This document shows, piece by piece, positions 1 to 10,360 of a DNA stretch of 64,000 nt. How positions within the stretch are numbered: position 1 is the first letter of the stretch; each line of letters opens with the position of its first letter. The translations under genes and the position numbers were made by a program. Location of the stretch: contig JBDHJS010000007.1 in NCBI GenBank assembly GCA_039586795.1, positions 40,903 to 104,902 of the forward strand. The letters are read 5' to 3'. The notes beneath the pieces are model-generated. The model was not told where the DNA came from and searched no databases. It worked only from the letters and a program-made list of their open reading frames with translations. Source of the stretch: Gemmatimonadota bacterium (GTDB taxonomy: Bacteria > Gemmatimonadota > Gemmatimonadetes > Palauibacterales > KS3-K002).

Positions 1-2
1 CC

Positions 3-164
3 GGCGGCTATCATGTGATGCTGATGGAGTTGAAGGATCATCTATGGTCCGGCGACCACGTTGACGCGACTCTGCACTTCCGCCACATGGGCGAGGTGGC
101 AGTAAGACCGAAAGTCGTCGCCTACTCCGAACTCGAGCGTTTGCTCGACGAGCCGGAAGGTTGA
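3..164 (+). CDS. Copper chaperone PCu(A)C family protein, 3' end only
   Basis: Manual translation GGYHVMLMELKDHLWSGDHVDATLHF...EPEG*. GGYHVMLM is the PCuAC metal-binding signature. Confidence 0.8.
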   Translation, partial: GGYHVMLMELKDHLWSGDHVDATLHFRHMGEVAVRPKVVAYSELERLLDEPEG

Positions 165-189
165 CACGCACTTTCGTAACCCATAGAGT
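161..189 (+). promoter_or_regulatory. Sigma70-type promoter of the B12 uptake operon
   Basis: TTGACA(161-166)-17 nt-TAGAGT(184-189), immediately upstream of the riboswitch. Confidence 0.65.
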
Positions 190-211
190 CAACTCGACAA
201 TCGAGAAGTAT

Positions 212-369
212 TAGGCGGGCGGAACAAATCGGAAGCCGGTGAGAATCCGGCACGGCCCCGCCACTGTGTGAGGCCCGGCGTCAGCCGGAAGTAGCCAGCT
301 CACCATGCCACTGGGAGTGTTCCTGGGAAGGCGAGCTGACCTGCCTCGAGTCAGGAGACCTGTTCCGCC
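212..369 (+). ncRNA. Cobalamin riboswitch
   Basis: Conserved blocks GGAAGCCGGTGAGAATCCGGCACGGCCCCGCCACTGT, GCCACTGG...GGGAAGGC and B12-box AGTCAGGAGACCTG. 218-226 pairs with 361-369. Lies upstream of a TonB receptor. Confidence 0.93.
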
Positions 370-402
370 GCGCATGGCCCGAGCACTCTTCCAGGGCGAG
401 AC

Positions 403-2625
403 GTGCGGCCTTTATTATTGCCAGGACCGACTACTCACTCACGGCGCCGACCAAGCGTCGCCGGCGTCTCTGCCGTTTGTTCGCTTTTCCGCTCGAGAAG
501 TCCGCTCACATTCTTTGCCTTTCTGCTACTCGCAACGACACAGCCGCTCATAGCCCAGTATCCCGGCGACCTGGCAGGACGCGTGACCGATGCGATCACC
601 GGCGAACCGGTGGAGAACGCGTTCGTCGAGGTCGTCGGCGCGGGGCTCAGCGCCTATACCGATGGACGCGGCGAGTTCCGGATTCGCGGGTTGGAGTCCG
701 GCGAACAGACCCTGCGCGTCAGCCGCATGGGGTACGCGCCATCGGAACGCCGGGTCGAAGTTCGCAACGGCGCTTCGACGTGGGTGAACGTGAGCCTCGG
801 CGTGCAGCCTGTCGAAATCGATGAAATCGCAGTGGAGGCAACGGCCGCGATCGATGCGACCCGCGATGTGATCACCCGGGCCGAAATCGAAAGCAGCGGT
901 GAGTTGACAGCCGCCGGCTTGATCGAGGGCCGCGCCGGCGTCGTCGTACAGCGACGTGGACCGGGCGCACCACAGACGGTGAGCATCCGCGGAAGCTCGG
1001 CAGACGAAGTGCTGGTGCTACTGGACGGCGCACCGCTCAACGACCCAATCACCGGCGCGGCCGACCTTTCGACGGTGCCCACATCGCAGATTGAGACGCT
1101 GACCGTCCTCCGCGGCAGCCAGTCCGCCATCTATGGCCCGGGCGCCGCCGGTGGCGTCGTGCTCATCGAGTCGCGTATGACTGCACCGCCGTTGGGCCTG
1201 AGCGCCGAGACCGGATCGCTGGGTTACTGGTCAGGTCGAGCCGAAACAAGCGGCCCATTGCTGGGACTCGCCTGGTCGGCCGGTGGCCAGGTCCGACGAG
1301 CGGAAGGCAGTTTCGAGTTCGAGCGACCCCGTGAGTTAGGTGGCGGTCGCGCAACTCGACAGAACGCGGACTACTACGAGGCGGATGGGTTCGCCTCCGC
1401 CGTCGGCGGCCTGGCGAGTGGCGACCTTCGACTGCGCGGCGGTTTCACTCAGTTGGAGCGCGGCGTTCCCGGCCCCAGCTTCTTGCCCACGCCGTCGGCG
1501 CGAGAGGAGCTTACTCGCTGGCGCGGTCAGGTGACATGGGATCGGGTTGCCGGTCGCTTTCGTCATGCCGCTCGGTTGTTCGGCGTGTACCAGGACGTCC
1601 GCTTCGTCGACCCCGCCCCGCCGCAGGGCCTTCCCTATGACAGTCGGACCGAGGCACTGGCGTTGGGTGGCCGGCTGTCGTCGGAGCTCGATCTGCAGAG
1701 CGCCATGCGCTCGCTTTGGAGCGGTGTCGAAGTCCGTGACCAGCGGTACGAGAGTACGGTTCTTGACGCCGCGGCGCCCGGTGGACGGTTCGACTTCGGT
1801 GCCTTTGTCGGCGGCGAGCTCTCTCCGGGTTCTTCGTCGTCAACGCGCTTGGTCGCTGCGTTACGTGTAGATCGTGACGACCTGGCCAAGAGTTGGTATC
1901 CGACCCACGAGCTGAGCCTGACCGCCGTTGCCGGCCCGGCAACGTTGCGCGCTCGTCACGCCAGCTCATTCAGTCCACCGACCTTTGGAGACCAATTCTT
2001 CAGGGAAGGCATCGCAGTGGAGCCGAATCCGAACCTGAAAGCCGAACGCATACCCAGTGACATCGGACTCGGCGTCTCCGTTGGTGGGAACTTGGGGACT
2101 ACAACCGCCTCGCTCTCTATCGACGGCTACATCGCAGATGTGAAGGACATGATCATCTGGGCTCCCGATTTTCGTTTCGTTTGGAGTCCGCGGAATTTCG
2201 ATGTGAAGCGGCGCGGAGTCGATGTCCAGGCGCAACTTGGCTTGCCGGCCAGGAATCTCGAGCTCCACGGCACCTACAGCCTGGCGCGAGTCACATACGA
2301 CCGCCCCGGCGACGACGACGTTCAGGTCATCTATCGGCCACGCCACAGTGGCACGGTCGGATTATCGTGGCAGCCCGGTAGCTGGTTCTTCAGCGCCGAC
2401 GCCCGCTTCGTTGGCACGCGCTACCCGGTGCCGGCGCCGCTCAACGCCCTCGAACCCTTCTGGACATGGGACCTACGACTGCGGCGCAGCTTCGCAGCTG
2501 CCGGCTGGCAGATAACGCCGATGCTCGCGGTCGATCGAGTCTTCGACAACAGGAATTCGCTGATCTTCGGCTACCCCGAGCCCGGCCGCGTCATTCGCTT
2601 CGAGGTCGCGGCAGGACCGCGGTGA
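403..2625 (+). CDS. btuB: TonB-dependent receptor, probable cobalamin transporter with N-terminal carboxypeptidase-regulatory-like domain
   Basis: Plug motifs SIRG, VLVLLDGAPLND and IETLTVLRGSQSAIYGPGAAGGVV. Follows the riboswitch. Start uncertain. Confidence 0.85.
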   Translation: MRPLLLPGPTTHSRRRPSVAGVSAVCSLFRSRSPLTFFAFLLLATTQPLIAQYPGDLAGRVTDAITGEPVENAFVEVVGAGLSAYTDGRGEFRIRGLESGEQTLRVSRMGYAPSERRVEVRNGASTWVNVSLGVQPVEIDEIAVEATAAIDATRDVITRAEIESSGELTAAGLIEGRAGVVVQRRGPGAPQTVSIRGSSADEVLVLLDGAPLNDPITGAADLSTVPTSQIETLTVLRGSQSAIYGPGAAGGVVLIESRMTAPPLGLSAETGSLGYWSGRAETSGPLLGLAWSAGGQVRRAEGSFEFERPRELGGGRATRQNADYYEADGFASAVGGLASGDLRLRGGFTQLERGVPGPSFLPTPSAREELTRWRGQVTWDRVAGRFRHAARLFGVYQDVRFVDPAPPQGLPYDSRTEALALGGRLSSELDLQSAMRSLWSGVEVRDQRYESTVLDAAAPGGRFDFGAFVGGELSPGSSSSTRLVAALRVDRDDLAKSWYPTHELSLTAVAGPATLRARHASSFSPPTFGDQFFREGIAVEPNPNLKAERIPSDIGLGVSVGGNLGTTTASLSIDGYIADVKDMIIWAPDFRFVWSPRNFDVKRRGVDVQAQLGLPARNLELHGTYSLARVTYDRPGDDDVQVIYRPRHSGTVGLSWQPGSWFFSADARFVGTRYPVPAPLNALEPFWTWDLRLRRSFAAAGWQITPMLAVDRVFDNRNSLIFGYPEPGRVIRFEVAAGPR

Positions 2626-2651
2626 AGCGCTATGAGAGAGAGGAGAACGCA

Positions 2652-3692
2652 GTGCACGTTCGGTTAACCCAAACACTGGCCTGGAGCGGGATTCTGCTAT
2701 TGGCCATCGCGTGCGATAACACGCAGCCCCCAGGCCCCGACCCACTTCCTTTGAGGGAGACAGCGGTCATCCTGAATAGTACGGACCTGTCGATCACCGT
2801 CTTTCCCAGCGGATCGGCGTCCGACATCCGCACGATGGGCCTGGCGCCCGCGGGCTCCCCGGTTACCCTAGCGGCGCGACACAATCTCGTCGTTGTACCC
2901 ATGGGCTTTCTTGCCACGGCGGTGGTCGTCGATCTTCTCGAAGACACGGCGTGGACCGTCCCACTGCCCGACAACTCCGGGGCCACCGGAGTCGGTTTTC
3001 GCAATGATTCGATCGTATACGTGGCCAATCCGAACCTGAACACGGTCAGCCGCATCAACGCGTTCGCCGGCGTGCACGAGAACGAAATCGACGTCGGCGT
3101 CTTTCCGCAGGCGGTAGCGGTGGAAGACAGCCTGATATTCGTCCTCAACGGCGAGCTCGAGAACTTCGTACCGGCGCGCCCGGGGTCGATCTCAGTCATC
3201 GATCCGGCGACCGATTCGGTGGTGGCCACCATCTCTCTCAGCGGGACGAATCCGTCCGCCGCCATGTTCTGGTTTGGCATGCTGTACGTGGTCAACTCGG
3301 GATCATTCGGTCAGGGCGATGGCAGCCTTTCCGTTGTCGACCCGGTCACGCTTCGGGAAGTGGAGCACTATCCAGGCTTCGGCGAATTCCCGGGCGACAT
3401 AGCGATCAGCATCGGGGGCATCGCGTTTATCAGTTCTTTTGGATACGGCGTCGCCGCTTGGGACGTCGTGGGCGATACATTCATCAATCCGCCGTCCGAT
3501 CCGCTGGTGATAGCAGGAGAGACCATCTCCAGCGGTGTCGGGATAGATGCAGCCGGACTGTTGTACACGTTGATTCCCGGCGACTGCATCGCGCCAAGCG
3601 TCCTGTATCGCGTAGGGGTCGACACGACTTCGGTGAGCACGGGTGCCTGCCCGATCGACATCGCTTTCACCCGGTTCGATGAAAGTGAATAG
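2652..3692 (+). CDS. YncE-like beta-propeller lipoprotein
   Basis: AGGAGA SD before GTG 2652, lipobox LAIAC, and blade motifs (YVAN, SISVIDPATDSVVATI, LYVVNSGSFG). Confidence 0.75.
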   Translation: MHVRLTQTLAWSGILLLAIACDNTQPPGPDPLPLRETAVILNSTDLSITVFPSGSASDIRTMGLAPAGSPVTLAARHNLVVVPMGFLATAVVVDLLEDTAWTVPLPDNSGATGVGFRNDSIVYVANPNLNTVSRINAFAGVHENEIDVGVFPQAVAVEDSLIFVLNGELENFVPARPGSISVIDPATDSVVATISLSGTNPSAAMFWFGMLYVVNSGSFGQGDGSLSVVDPVTLREVEHYPGFGEFPGDIAISIGGIAFISSFGYGVAAWDVVGDTFINPPSDPLVIAGETISSGVGIDAAGLLYTLIPGDCIAPSVLYRVGVDTTSVSTGACPIDIAFTRFDESE

Positions 3693-4569
3693 AATCTCGC
3701 GGTTGCCGCTCATTCTGGTGCTGACTCTCGCAGCCTGTTCGGGGGGCGGGGGAGACTCAGCTCCGGGTGATAGGAGCGCAGCCACGCCTCAGCGAATCGT
3801 CTCGCTCATCCCATCCGCAACCGAAACCATCGTCGCCCTGGGCGCTCTCGACCGGTTGGTGGCGCGCAGCGAGTTCGACGTCGACCCCGCGCTCGCCCAT
3901 CTGCCGTCGGTGGGTGAAGGGCTGACGCCCAGTCTGGAACAGTTGACAGCTTTGCGACCCGACCTGGTGATCGCCTGGCCCGACAACCCATCGCGCTCGG
4001 TTATCGGCAGGCTGGAAGGACTTGGTGTCATCATCTACTCACCCGAAGTGCAAACGCTGGCGGACATTCGCCGGGCAACGACGGATCTCGGCCACATGCT
4101 GGGGTTGGAGCGAGCGGCCGACTCGCTGATCGCATCGATCGATGCGGGACTGGAGGAAGTCCGACGGGCCGTGGCCGGACTGGATCCACCCAGTGTCTTC
4201 TACGTTGTGTGGTACCAACCAGCGACGACGACGGGGTCAGGGACGTACATCGATGAGCTGATCCGGATCGCCGGTGGTCGTAATGTGTTTGCCGACGCGC
4301 CCGGCCTTTGGCCGCAGGTGAGCATGGAGGAAGTGGTTCGACGTCAGCCCGATATCGTCTTGTTGTCGCACACCGAGGATACGCCCACAGATGTCGATCG
4401 GCTGAGCGCGACGGTCGGCTGGCGCGAGCTTTCGGCTATACGCGAAGGCAATGTCTTCCAGGTGGACGCCAACCTCTACAACCGACCCGGCCCACGGGTG
4501 ACGTTAGCGGCCCGCACGCTGGCCCGGCTTCTTCACCCCGAAGCGTTCGAAGGCGCGAGCGAGCGGTGA
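3679..4569 (+). CDS. btuF: Cobalamin ABC transporter substrate-binding lipoprotein
   Basis: Lipobox LAAC, PQRIVSLIPSATE, GGRNVFAD and NRPGPR motifs. Confidence 0.85.
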   Translation: MKVNRISRLPLILVLTLAACSGGGGDSAPGDRSAATPQRIVSLIPSATETIVALGALDRLVARSEFDVDPALAHLPSVGEGLTPSLEQLTALRPDLVIAWPDNPSRSVIGRLEGLGVIIYSPEVQTLADIRRATTDLGHMLGLERAADSLIASIDAGLEEVRRAVAGLDPPSVFYVVWYQPATTTGSGTYIDELIRIAGGRNVFADAPGLWPQVSMEEVVRRQPDIVLLSHTEDTPTDVDRLSATVGWRELSAIREGNVFQVDANLYNRPGPRVTLAARTLARLLHPEAFEGASER

Positions 4570-5558
4570 GAGCGCTTAACGTCGCTCGTCTGGTCGGCCT
4601 GAGCGCCGCCGTGGCCCTCACAGCGGTGATCAGCATCGCATTCGGCGCCGCCGATCTGCCCCTTCGCGACGTGGTGGCGGCGCTGGCCGGTGGGGGCGAT
4701 GAGACAACGCGTACGATCGTGATTAACCTCCGATTGCCGCGTGCAGCGCTCGCCTTTCTGGTTGGCGGCGCCCTGGCGCTCGCCGGGGCGGTCTACCAGG
4801 CCCTGCTCCGGAACCCATTGGCAGAGCCTTTTCTGCTGGGCGTCTCCGGCGGCGCCGCGATCGGGGCGGTCACAGCAGTCATCCTCGGTTTGAACCTCAT
4901 CGCCACGTGGTCGTTGCCGCTCGCGTCCTTTCTCGGCGCGCTGCTCGCGATCGCGCTGGTCCTCTACATCGCCAGCCGCACGGGTCAGGGTCTCGACACA
5001 CGCGTCTTGTTGCTGACCGGCGTTGTCGTCGGAACGTTCTTCAACGCCGTGATCTTGCTGCTGCTCAGCTTCGCTCCGGCCGAGACGTTCCGCTCGGCCG
5101 TCTTCTGGATGATGGGAAGTCTGGCGGCCGCCGACTGGCCGGCGGTCGTCGTGCTTGCAACCTACCTGGCGCCGGCCGTCATCGCTCTTCTGTTCATGGC
5201 CCGCCCGCTCAACCTGTTGGCGATGGGCGAGGAGACAGCGTTGTACCTGGGCACGCAAGTGGAGCGGGTGAAGTTGGCCGCCTACGTGATCGCATCGCTT
5301 CTTGTTGCCGCCGCTGTGGCGGTGAGCGGTGTTATCGGCTTCGTCGGTCTGGTGATCCCCCACGCCATCCGACTGGTCTGGGGGAGCAATCACCAGTTTC
5401 TGTTACCCGCATCGCTGCTCGCTGGCGGTGCGTTCCTGTTGCTCGCCGATACGGTCGCCCGCACCGCCGCCGCACCGGCCGAGCTGCCGGTGGGCGTGAT
5501 TACGGCCTTGATCGGCGTACCGCTCTTCGTCGTGCTGCTGATCAGGAGGGCCGTATGA
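4566..5558 (+). CDS. btuC: FecCD/BtuC family permease
   Basis: LRLPR, RNPLAEPFLLGVSGGA, IGFVGLVIPH and ELPVGVITALIG motifs. GTGA overlap with the previous gene. Confidence 0.9.
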   Translation: MRALNVARLVGLSAAVALTAVISIAFGAADLPLRDVVAALAGGGDETTRTIVINLRLPRAALAFLVGGALALAGAVYQALLRNPLAEPFLLGVSGGAAIGAVTAVILGLNLIATWSLPLASFLGALLAIALVLYIASRTGQGLDTRVLLLTGVVVGTFFNAVILLLLSFAPAETFRSAVFWMMGSLAAADWPAVVVLATYLAPAVIALLFMARPLNLLAMGEETALYLGTQVERVKLAAYVIASLLVAAAVAVSGVIGFVGLVIPHAIRLVWGSNHQFLLPASLLAGGAFLLLADTVARTAAAPAELPVGVITALIGVPLFVVLLIRRAV

Positions 5559-6376
5559 CCGGGACGTCGGCCTTCGAAGTGAGGGGTCTGCGTTTCAGCT
5601 ACCCGGGCGCTGCGCGACCGGCGTTGGAAGATGTACGCCTGAGCATCCAGCCCGGTGCACTCTACGCCGTGATCGGCCCGAACGGTTCCGGCAAGTCGAC
5701 GTTGCTGAAACTCCTGCTCGGCGCATTGAAGCCCGAGACGGGCGATGTCTTGTATTCGGGCCGGCCGGTGGAGGAGTGGAGTCGTCGTTCGCTGGCGCAA
5801 CGGATCGGCGTGGTGCCGCAAGGCGAAGAGACGGCGTTCCCAGTCACGGTTCGAGAGATGGTGGAGATGGGGCGCTATCCTCACCTCGGGATCCTAGGTC
5901 GTCCAAGCGTGGACGATGTGCGAGCCATTGATGACGCGATGCAGCACTGCGATGTCGACGGTCTTAAAGACCGGCCCATCTCCAGATTGTCCGGCGGCGA
6001 GCGTCAGCGCGCTCTCATCGCTCGAGCGCTTGCTCAAGAGCCGACGACGCTTGTCCTCGACGAGCCTACGGTCTCGCTCGACATCCGTCACGAGATGGAG
6101 ATCTTCGAGCTGCTCGCCGAGTTGACGAGCACGCATGGCAAGACCGTCGTCCTAGTCACCCACCACCTCAATCTGGCGGCCCGCTACGCGGATCGATTGC
6201 TGCTGCTCGACGCGGGCCGCCCGATCGCCGAAGGAACGCCGTCCGAGGTGCTCACGCGGGAAACGATCGAGCGGGTCTACCAATGGTCGGTGGCCGTCGG
6301 CGCGCATCCAGGCCCCGGCCGCGACGCGGGAGCGCCACAGGTAACCCCTTTGGCGGGCGAAGAGACCCGCGAATGA
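5555..6376 (+). CDS. btuD: ABC transporter ATP-binding protein
   Basis: Walker A GPNGSGKS, signature LSGGERQR, Walker B LVLDEP. ATGA overlap. Confidence 0.9.
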   Translation: MTGTSAFEVRGLRFSYPGAARPALEDVRLSIQPGALYAVIGPNGSGKSTLLKLLLGALKPETGDVLYSGRPVEEWSRRSLAQRIGVVPQGEETAFPVTVREMVEMGRYPHLGILGRPSVDDVRAIDDAMQHCDVDGLKDRPISRLSGGERQRALIARALAQEPTTLVLDEPTVSLDIRHEMEIFELLAELTSTHGKTVVLVTHHLNLAARYADRLLLLDAGRPIAEGTPSEVLTRETIERVYQWSVAVGAHPGPGRDAGAPQVTPLAGEETRE

Positions 6377-6394
6377 ACTCGTTATCGGGGAACT

Positions 6395-6985
6395 CTAGCG
6401 TGAGCCACCCGGCGTGAAAGGCGGTGGCACACGCTGGCTCTCGTACCAGAAGGCGCCGGGGAAGTCGGCTTCTTTCTGATTCTTCTTGCCGCTCCAGCTT
6501 TCGATCTCGATGCGGTGCACCGAAGTGCGATCCAGTTCTTCCTGATTGGCCGGTCGGTAGTCGCGGCCCGGCTTCAAGTGCGGGGCGTACTTGTCCATGA
6601 GCATCTGCAAGGCGCGAGCTTTTTTGGCATCGTCTTCCACGACGCTGCCGCGTCCGAACACCGTCACGCTGGCGTATTCCACGCTGAACTCGAGAGCGAC
6701 CTTGTCTGGTAGAATCCGACCCATTTCGCTAACGCTGAAACAGACCTTCGCTCCGCTTTCCAAGTTCGACCGCGTGCGGCCAACGCGAGCGCCGTGCACG
6801 TAGATGACGTTTGACTCCTCGTCATAGACGTAGTTCTGCGTGTTGATGAACGGCTGTCCGTCAGCTACCGTGGCCAGCGCTCCCCAGGCACCCGAGTGCA
6901 AGAAAGCGCGGATCCAGTCTTCGTCTTGGGCCCTATCGCGGCGTCGCATTTCATTGATCGATTGATCGCTTCGATTCCCGGGCAT
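6395..6985 (-). CDS. Pyridoxamine 5'-phosphate oxidase-like (NimA-type) flavin-binding protein
   Basis: MRRRDR N-terminus, IYVHGA, VCFSV, FSVEYASVTVFG and SGK motifs. Confidence 0.8.
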   Translation of the reverse strand: MPGNRSDQSINEMRRRDRAQDEDWIRAFLHSGAWGALATVADGQPFINTQNYVYDEESNVIYVHGARVGRTRSNLESGAKVCFSVSEMGRILPDKVALEFSVEYASVTVFGRGSVVEDDAKKARALQMLMDKYAPHLKPGRDYRPANQEELDRTSVHRIEIESWSGKKNQKEADFPGAFWYESQRVPPPFTPGGSR

Positions 6986-7159
6986 TCCGTCCTCCTGTGG
7001 CTCGGCGATGTCTTATCTATAGGCGTCCGATCGACCCCACAAGTTGGAATCATTCCAGCGTTGTTATGCAAACGGTGGAGTGGTAGCTTCACAGCGTCGC
7101 AGCCACCCACCGCCCCGAGACGGAGGCATGCACTCCTTCTCAAAGAAGGGCTCGCAGCG

Positions 7160-9466
7160 GTGAAGACTTTCCTCACCGAACTGAAGCGACGCCGCGTCTA
7201 CCGCGTTGCCGTCGTGTACGCTGCCGTCGCCTTCGTGATATGGCAGGCGGCTGAGATCGCCTTTCCCGCACTGCGTCTCCCGGACTGGACGCTCACCCTG
7301 GTTGTTGTGCTGACCCTCGTGGGCTTCCCCATCGCCTTGATCCTCGCCTGGGCGTTCGACATCACGCCGGAAGGTGTCCAACGTACAGGACCTGACGAGC
7401 CCGACGCGGCTGAGGCTCATCATCGTTGGCCCATGGCCCTGACACTTCTGGCAGTCGTGCTGCTCCTGGTCGGCGCGGCCTTCTGGTGGGTCCGCCCTCG
7501 TATCCTGGGCCCGGTGAACCCGGACGCTCAGGTGATCGCCGTGCTCCCCTTCAACACGTCCGGCCCCGGCGTCGAGCTGCTCGGCGAAGGGATGGTCGAC
7601 CTGTTTTCGACCAACCTCAACAACGTGGGCGGAATTCGTAGCGTCGACTCGCGAACCGTGATGAACCGCTGGCAGCAGCGTGCCACTGACGGGACACTCG
7701 ACATGGAGGGCGCGCTCGACCTGGGACGCGACGTGCACGCGGGCTCCGTCCTATTGGGCAGCGTGGTATCCACCGGTCCCGAGGTCCGCCTGACGGCCGA
7801 GCTGTACTCGGTGCGCGGTGGCGAGCTAGCGCGCGCCCAAGTGGATGGCCCTGTAGACAGCGTCCTTGCGCTGGTGGACGAGCTTGGAATCGATCTGCTG
7901 AGAGAGATCTGGCTAGCACGCGAGCCGCTACCTCACCTACGGGTGAGCGCTATCACTACCGCGTCTGTTGAAGCGATTCGTGCTTACCTGGAGGGCATGC
8001 AGCACTATCGCCGCTCCGAATGGGATTCGGCGATCGTCGCGCTTCAGGCTGCCGTCGAAGAGGACTCCGCTTTCGCGCTGGCTCATCACAAGCTTGCCAC
8101 TGCCTACGGATGGAGCACGCGGCACGGCATGTACTCCCCGGGTACTTACCGCCACAGCGCGGCGGCGCTCCGTAACATCGAACGCCTGCCGACCCGCGAA
8201 CGCACTTTGCTGGTGGGCAACTACATGCACGAGCGGGGTGAGCCGGCAGCACTCGATACCTTTGAGACCTATGTCGCCTCCTACCCTGACGATCCGGAGG
8301 GCTGGTTCCAACTGGCCGACGTGCGATTCCACGCACAGCACATCTACGGCTTCGATCTCGAGACGCTCTATTCAGGTTTTGAGCGCGTGCTGAAACTCGA
8401 CCCCTCGTATTCCCCGGCCGCGTTCCATCTTCTGCAATTGAGCCTCGCTTACAACGACAGCTCACGCTACTACCGGTATCTCGGCGAGTACGAAACGGCT
8501 GGGGCCGACGAATCGCTCGTCGAGCTCTTCGCTGTATCGACGGCGCTGTGGACTCGACCGGACTCTCTTCTGGAAGTCTTCTCCTTGGTATGGGAAGACG
8601 GCCATGCCGGGAGCTTGCCCTTCTGGTTTGTCCAGGCGACCTACACATCGGATGCTATCGCTCCTGGCGACCTGATCGACTCTCTCGACCCTGCAGCTCC
8701 GCTGCCGGCGGTGCCTGACATGTATCTCGAGTACCGGTATTGGCTGGGATTCTGGTGCCTTGCCGGGCTTGGACAGCTCGACGACGCTAGACCGTGGCTT
8801 GACAGGCTGGCAGCCGCTTCGCAGGCCGGCCGGTATGCTAGCCTGTGGCCGGTTTTCGCAGGGCTCGCCGACTCCGCCTATGCTGCGGAAGCGCTGCGCC
8901 TCACCCGGGAGCCTCCTCGGCTACCAGCAGACCGCCCGATCCGTGCCTACTTCCGAATGCTGTTCGCCCTGAGCCAGGGGGACACTCCGACCGCCAGACA
9001 GTGGGCGGAACAAGCGCTGGTCCCGGACTCAGTGATCGACCCCGACGTGATGGGCGGCCTTGTACGAGCTGGACTTGGTTGGGCCGACTTGCTCGACGGC
9101 GACACGCTTTCCGCTCTACGGAAGCTCGATGAAGGGATCGAGAATGCTGGATACGGCCCGATAGCTATGATGATGGGAACACAGCAGCGCTTCGTTCGGG
9201 GCGCCGCGCTCGCCGCTCGCGCGGATACACGCGACCGCGGCATCCGTTTGCTGCGCTATAGTCTCACGATGGATGTGATTCACTTGCCGCTGGTCTACCT
9301 GGTCATCGGTCAAGCGCTGGAACAAGAGGGCGATATCGCCGGAGCGATCCAAGCCTACTCTCGTTTCGTTCGACTCTGGGAAGACGCCGATCCCGAACTG
9401 CAGCCGCGAGTCGAGACCGCGCGACGTGCCCTCGCACGATTGACCGCCGAAGGCTCCTCGCCCTGA
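7160..9466 (+). CDS. Membrane-anchored TolB-N-like/TPR protein
   Basis: ELKRRRVYRVAVVY, TM helices with LAWAFDITPEG, IAVLPF domain, TPR-like helices, C-terminal LWEDADPELQP. Confidence 0.8.
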   Translation: MKTFLTELKRRRVYRVAVVYAAVAFVIWQAAEIAFPALRLPDWTLTLVVVLTLVGFPIALILAWAFDITPEGVQRTGPDEPDAAEAHHRWPMALTLLAVVLLLVGAAFWWVRPRILGPVNPDAQVIAVLPFNTSGPGVELLGEGMVDLFSTNLNNVGGIRSVDSRTVMNRWQQRATDGTLDMEGALDLGRDVHAGSVLLGSVVSTGPEVRLTAELYSVRGGELARAQVDGPVDSVLALVDELGIDLLREIWLAREPLPHLRVSAITTASVEAIRAYLEGMQHYRRSEWDSAIVALQAAVEEDSAFALAHHKLATAYGWSTRHGMYSPGTYRHSAAALRNIERLPTRERTLLVGNYMHERGEPAALDTFETYVASYPDDPEGWFQLADVRFHAQHIYGFDLETLYSGFERVLKLDPSYSPAAFHLLQLSLAYNDSSRYYRYLGEYETAGADESLVELFAVSTALWTRPDSLLEVFSLVWEDGHAGSLPFWFVQATYTSDAIAPGDLIDSLDPAAPLPAVPDMYLEYRYWLGFWCLAGLGQLDDARPWLDRLAAASQAGRYASLWPVFAGLADSAYAAEALRLTREPPRLPADRPIRAYFRMLFALSQGDTPTARQWAEQALVPDSVIDPDVMGGLVRAGLGWADLLDGDTLSALRKLDEGIENAGYGPIAMMMGTQQRFVRGAALAARADTRDRGIRLLRYSLTMDVIHLPLVYLVIGQALEQEGDIAGAIQAYSRFVRLWEDADPELQPRVETARRALARLTAEGSSP

Positions 9467-9534
9467 ACAACAAGCCTTCCTGGGAATCAGTCGACATTGT
9501 CCTTCCGCGCTCTGCCCGGTAGCTTTGCCGTCCT

Positions 9535-10242
9535 ATGAATAGAGGCCAGATCTGCGCCGGGACTTCCGGCTTCTCGTATCCGGAATGGAAGGGCTCGTTC
9601 TATCCGGAGAAGCTGCCCCAAAAGAGGTTCCTCGAATACTACGCTGGCAAGTTCTCGACCGTCGAGATCAACAACACGTTCTATCGCTTCCCACGGTCAA
9701 GCCTGCTGGAAGGGTGGCGCGATGGAACGCCCGATGGCTTCACTTTCGCCGTGAAGGCGAACCAAGGGATCACTCACAAAGGTCGCTTGCGCGAAGTCGA
9801 GGAGCTGACTCGAGACTTCATCGAGCGATGCAAGTTGCTGGGGGGCAAACTCGGCCCGATCCTCTTTCAGTTGCCTCCCAATTTCAAACGCGATGACGAG
9901 CGCCTGGCGGATTTCCTGGACGCACTCGACCCACGCATGCGTTTCGCCTTCGAATTCCGTCACGCAAGCTGGTTCGATGACGCCGTGTTCGCGATGCTGT
10001 CCGACTCGGGAGCGGCGCTCTGTCTCTCGGAAGGCGATAAACTGGACACGCCACGTGTCGCCACCGGAGAGTTCGTGTACGCTCGGCTGCGCAAAGAGGA
10101 ATACACGGACGCAGAGCTAGCCGACTGGCACGTCTGGATGAGCGAGCAGGCGGCGACGGGGCGAGATGTCTTCGCCTACCTGAAACACGACGAAGAGGGC
10201 GAATCGCCGGAATACGTCCTGCGGTTGCTGGCCGGGGGCTAG
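9535..10242 (+). CDS. DUF72 family protein
   Basis: GTSGFSYPEWKGSFYP, VEINNTFY, LFQLPP and EFRH motifs. Confidence 0.9.
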   Translation: MNRGQICAGTSGFSYPEWKGSFYPEKLPQKRFLEYYAGKFSTVEINNTFYRFPRSSLLEGWRDGTPDGFTFAVKANQGITHKGRLREVEELTRDFIERCKLLGGKLGPILFQLPPNFKRDDERLADFLDALDPRMRFAFEFRHASWFDDAVFAMLSDSGAALCLSEGDKLDTPRVATGEFVYARLRKEEYTDAELADWHVWMSEQAATGRDVFAYLKHDEEGESPEYVLRLLAGG

Positions 10243-10360
10243 ACAGGGCTAACGCTTGCCGGAGGGGAGCCCGGGCCTCACATTACCCGGCCTGTCGCCC
10301 ATGCCGGCGCTGAGCCGGCGCCGAGCCGGGCGACTGCAAAGCCACAGGGAGGACAACAAT

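Noticed and set aside
6896..7159. N-terminal extension of the 856-aa ORF, and similar extensions of the ORFs at 2466, 4308, 4907, 24804 and 57279
   Set aside because: They overlap real neighbouring genes, and recognisable family sequence starts downstream.
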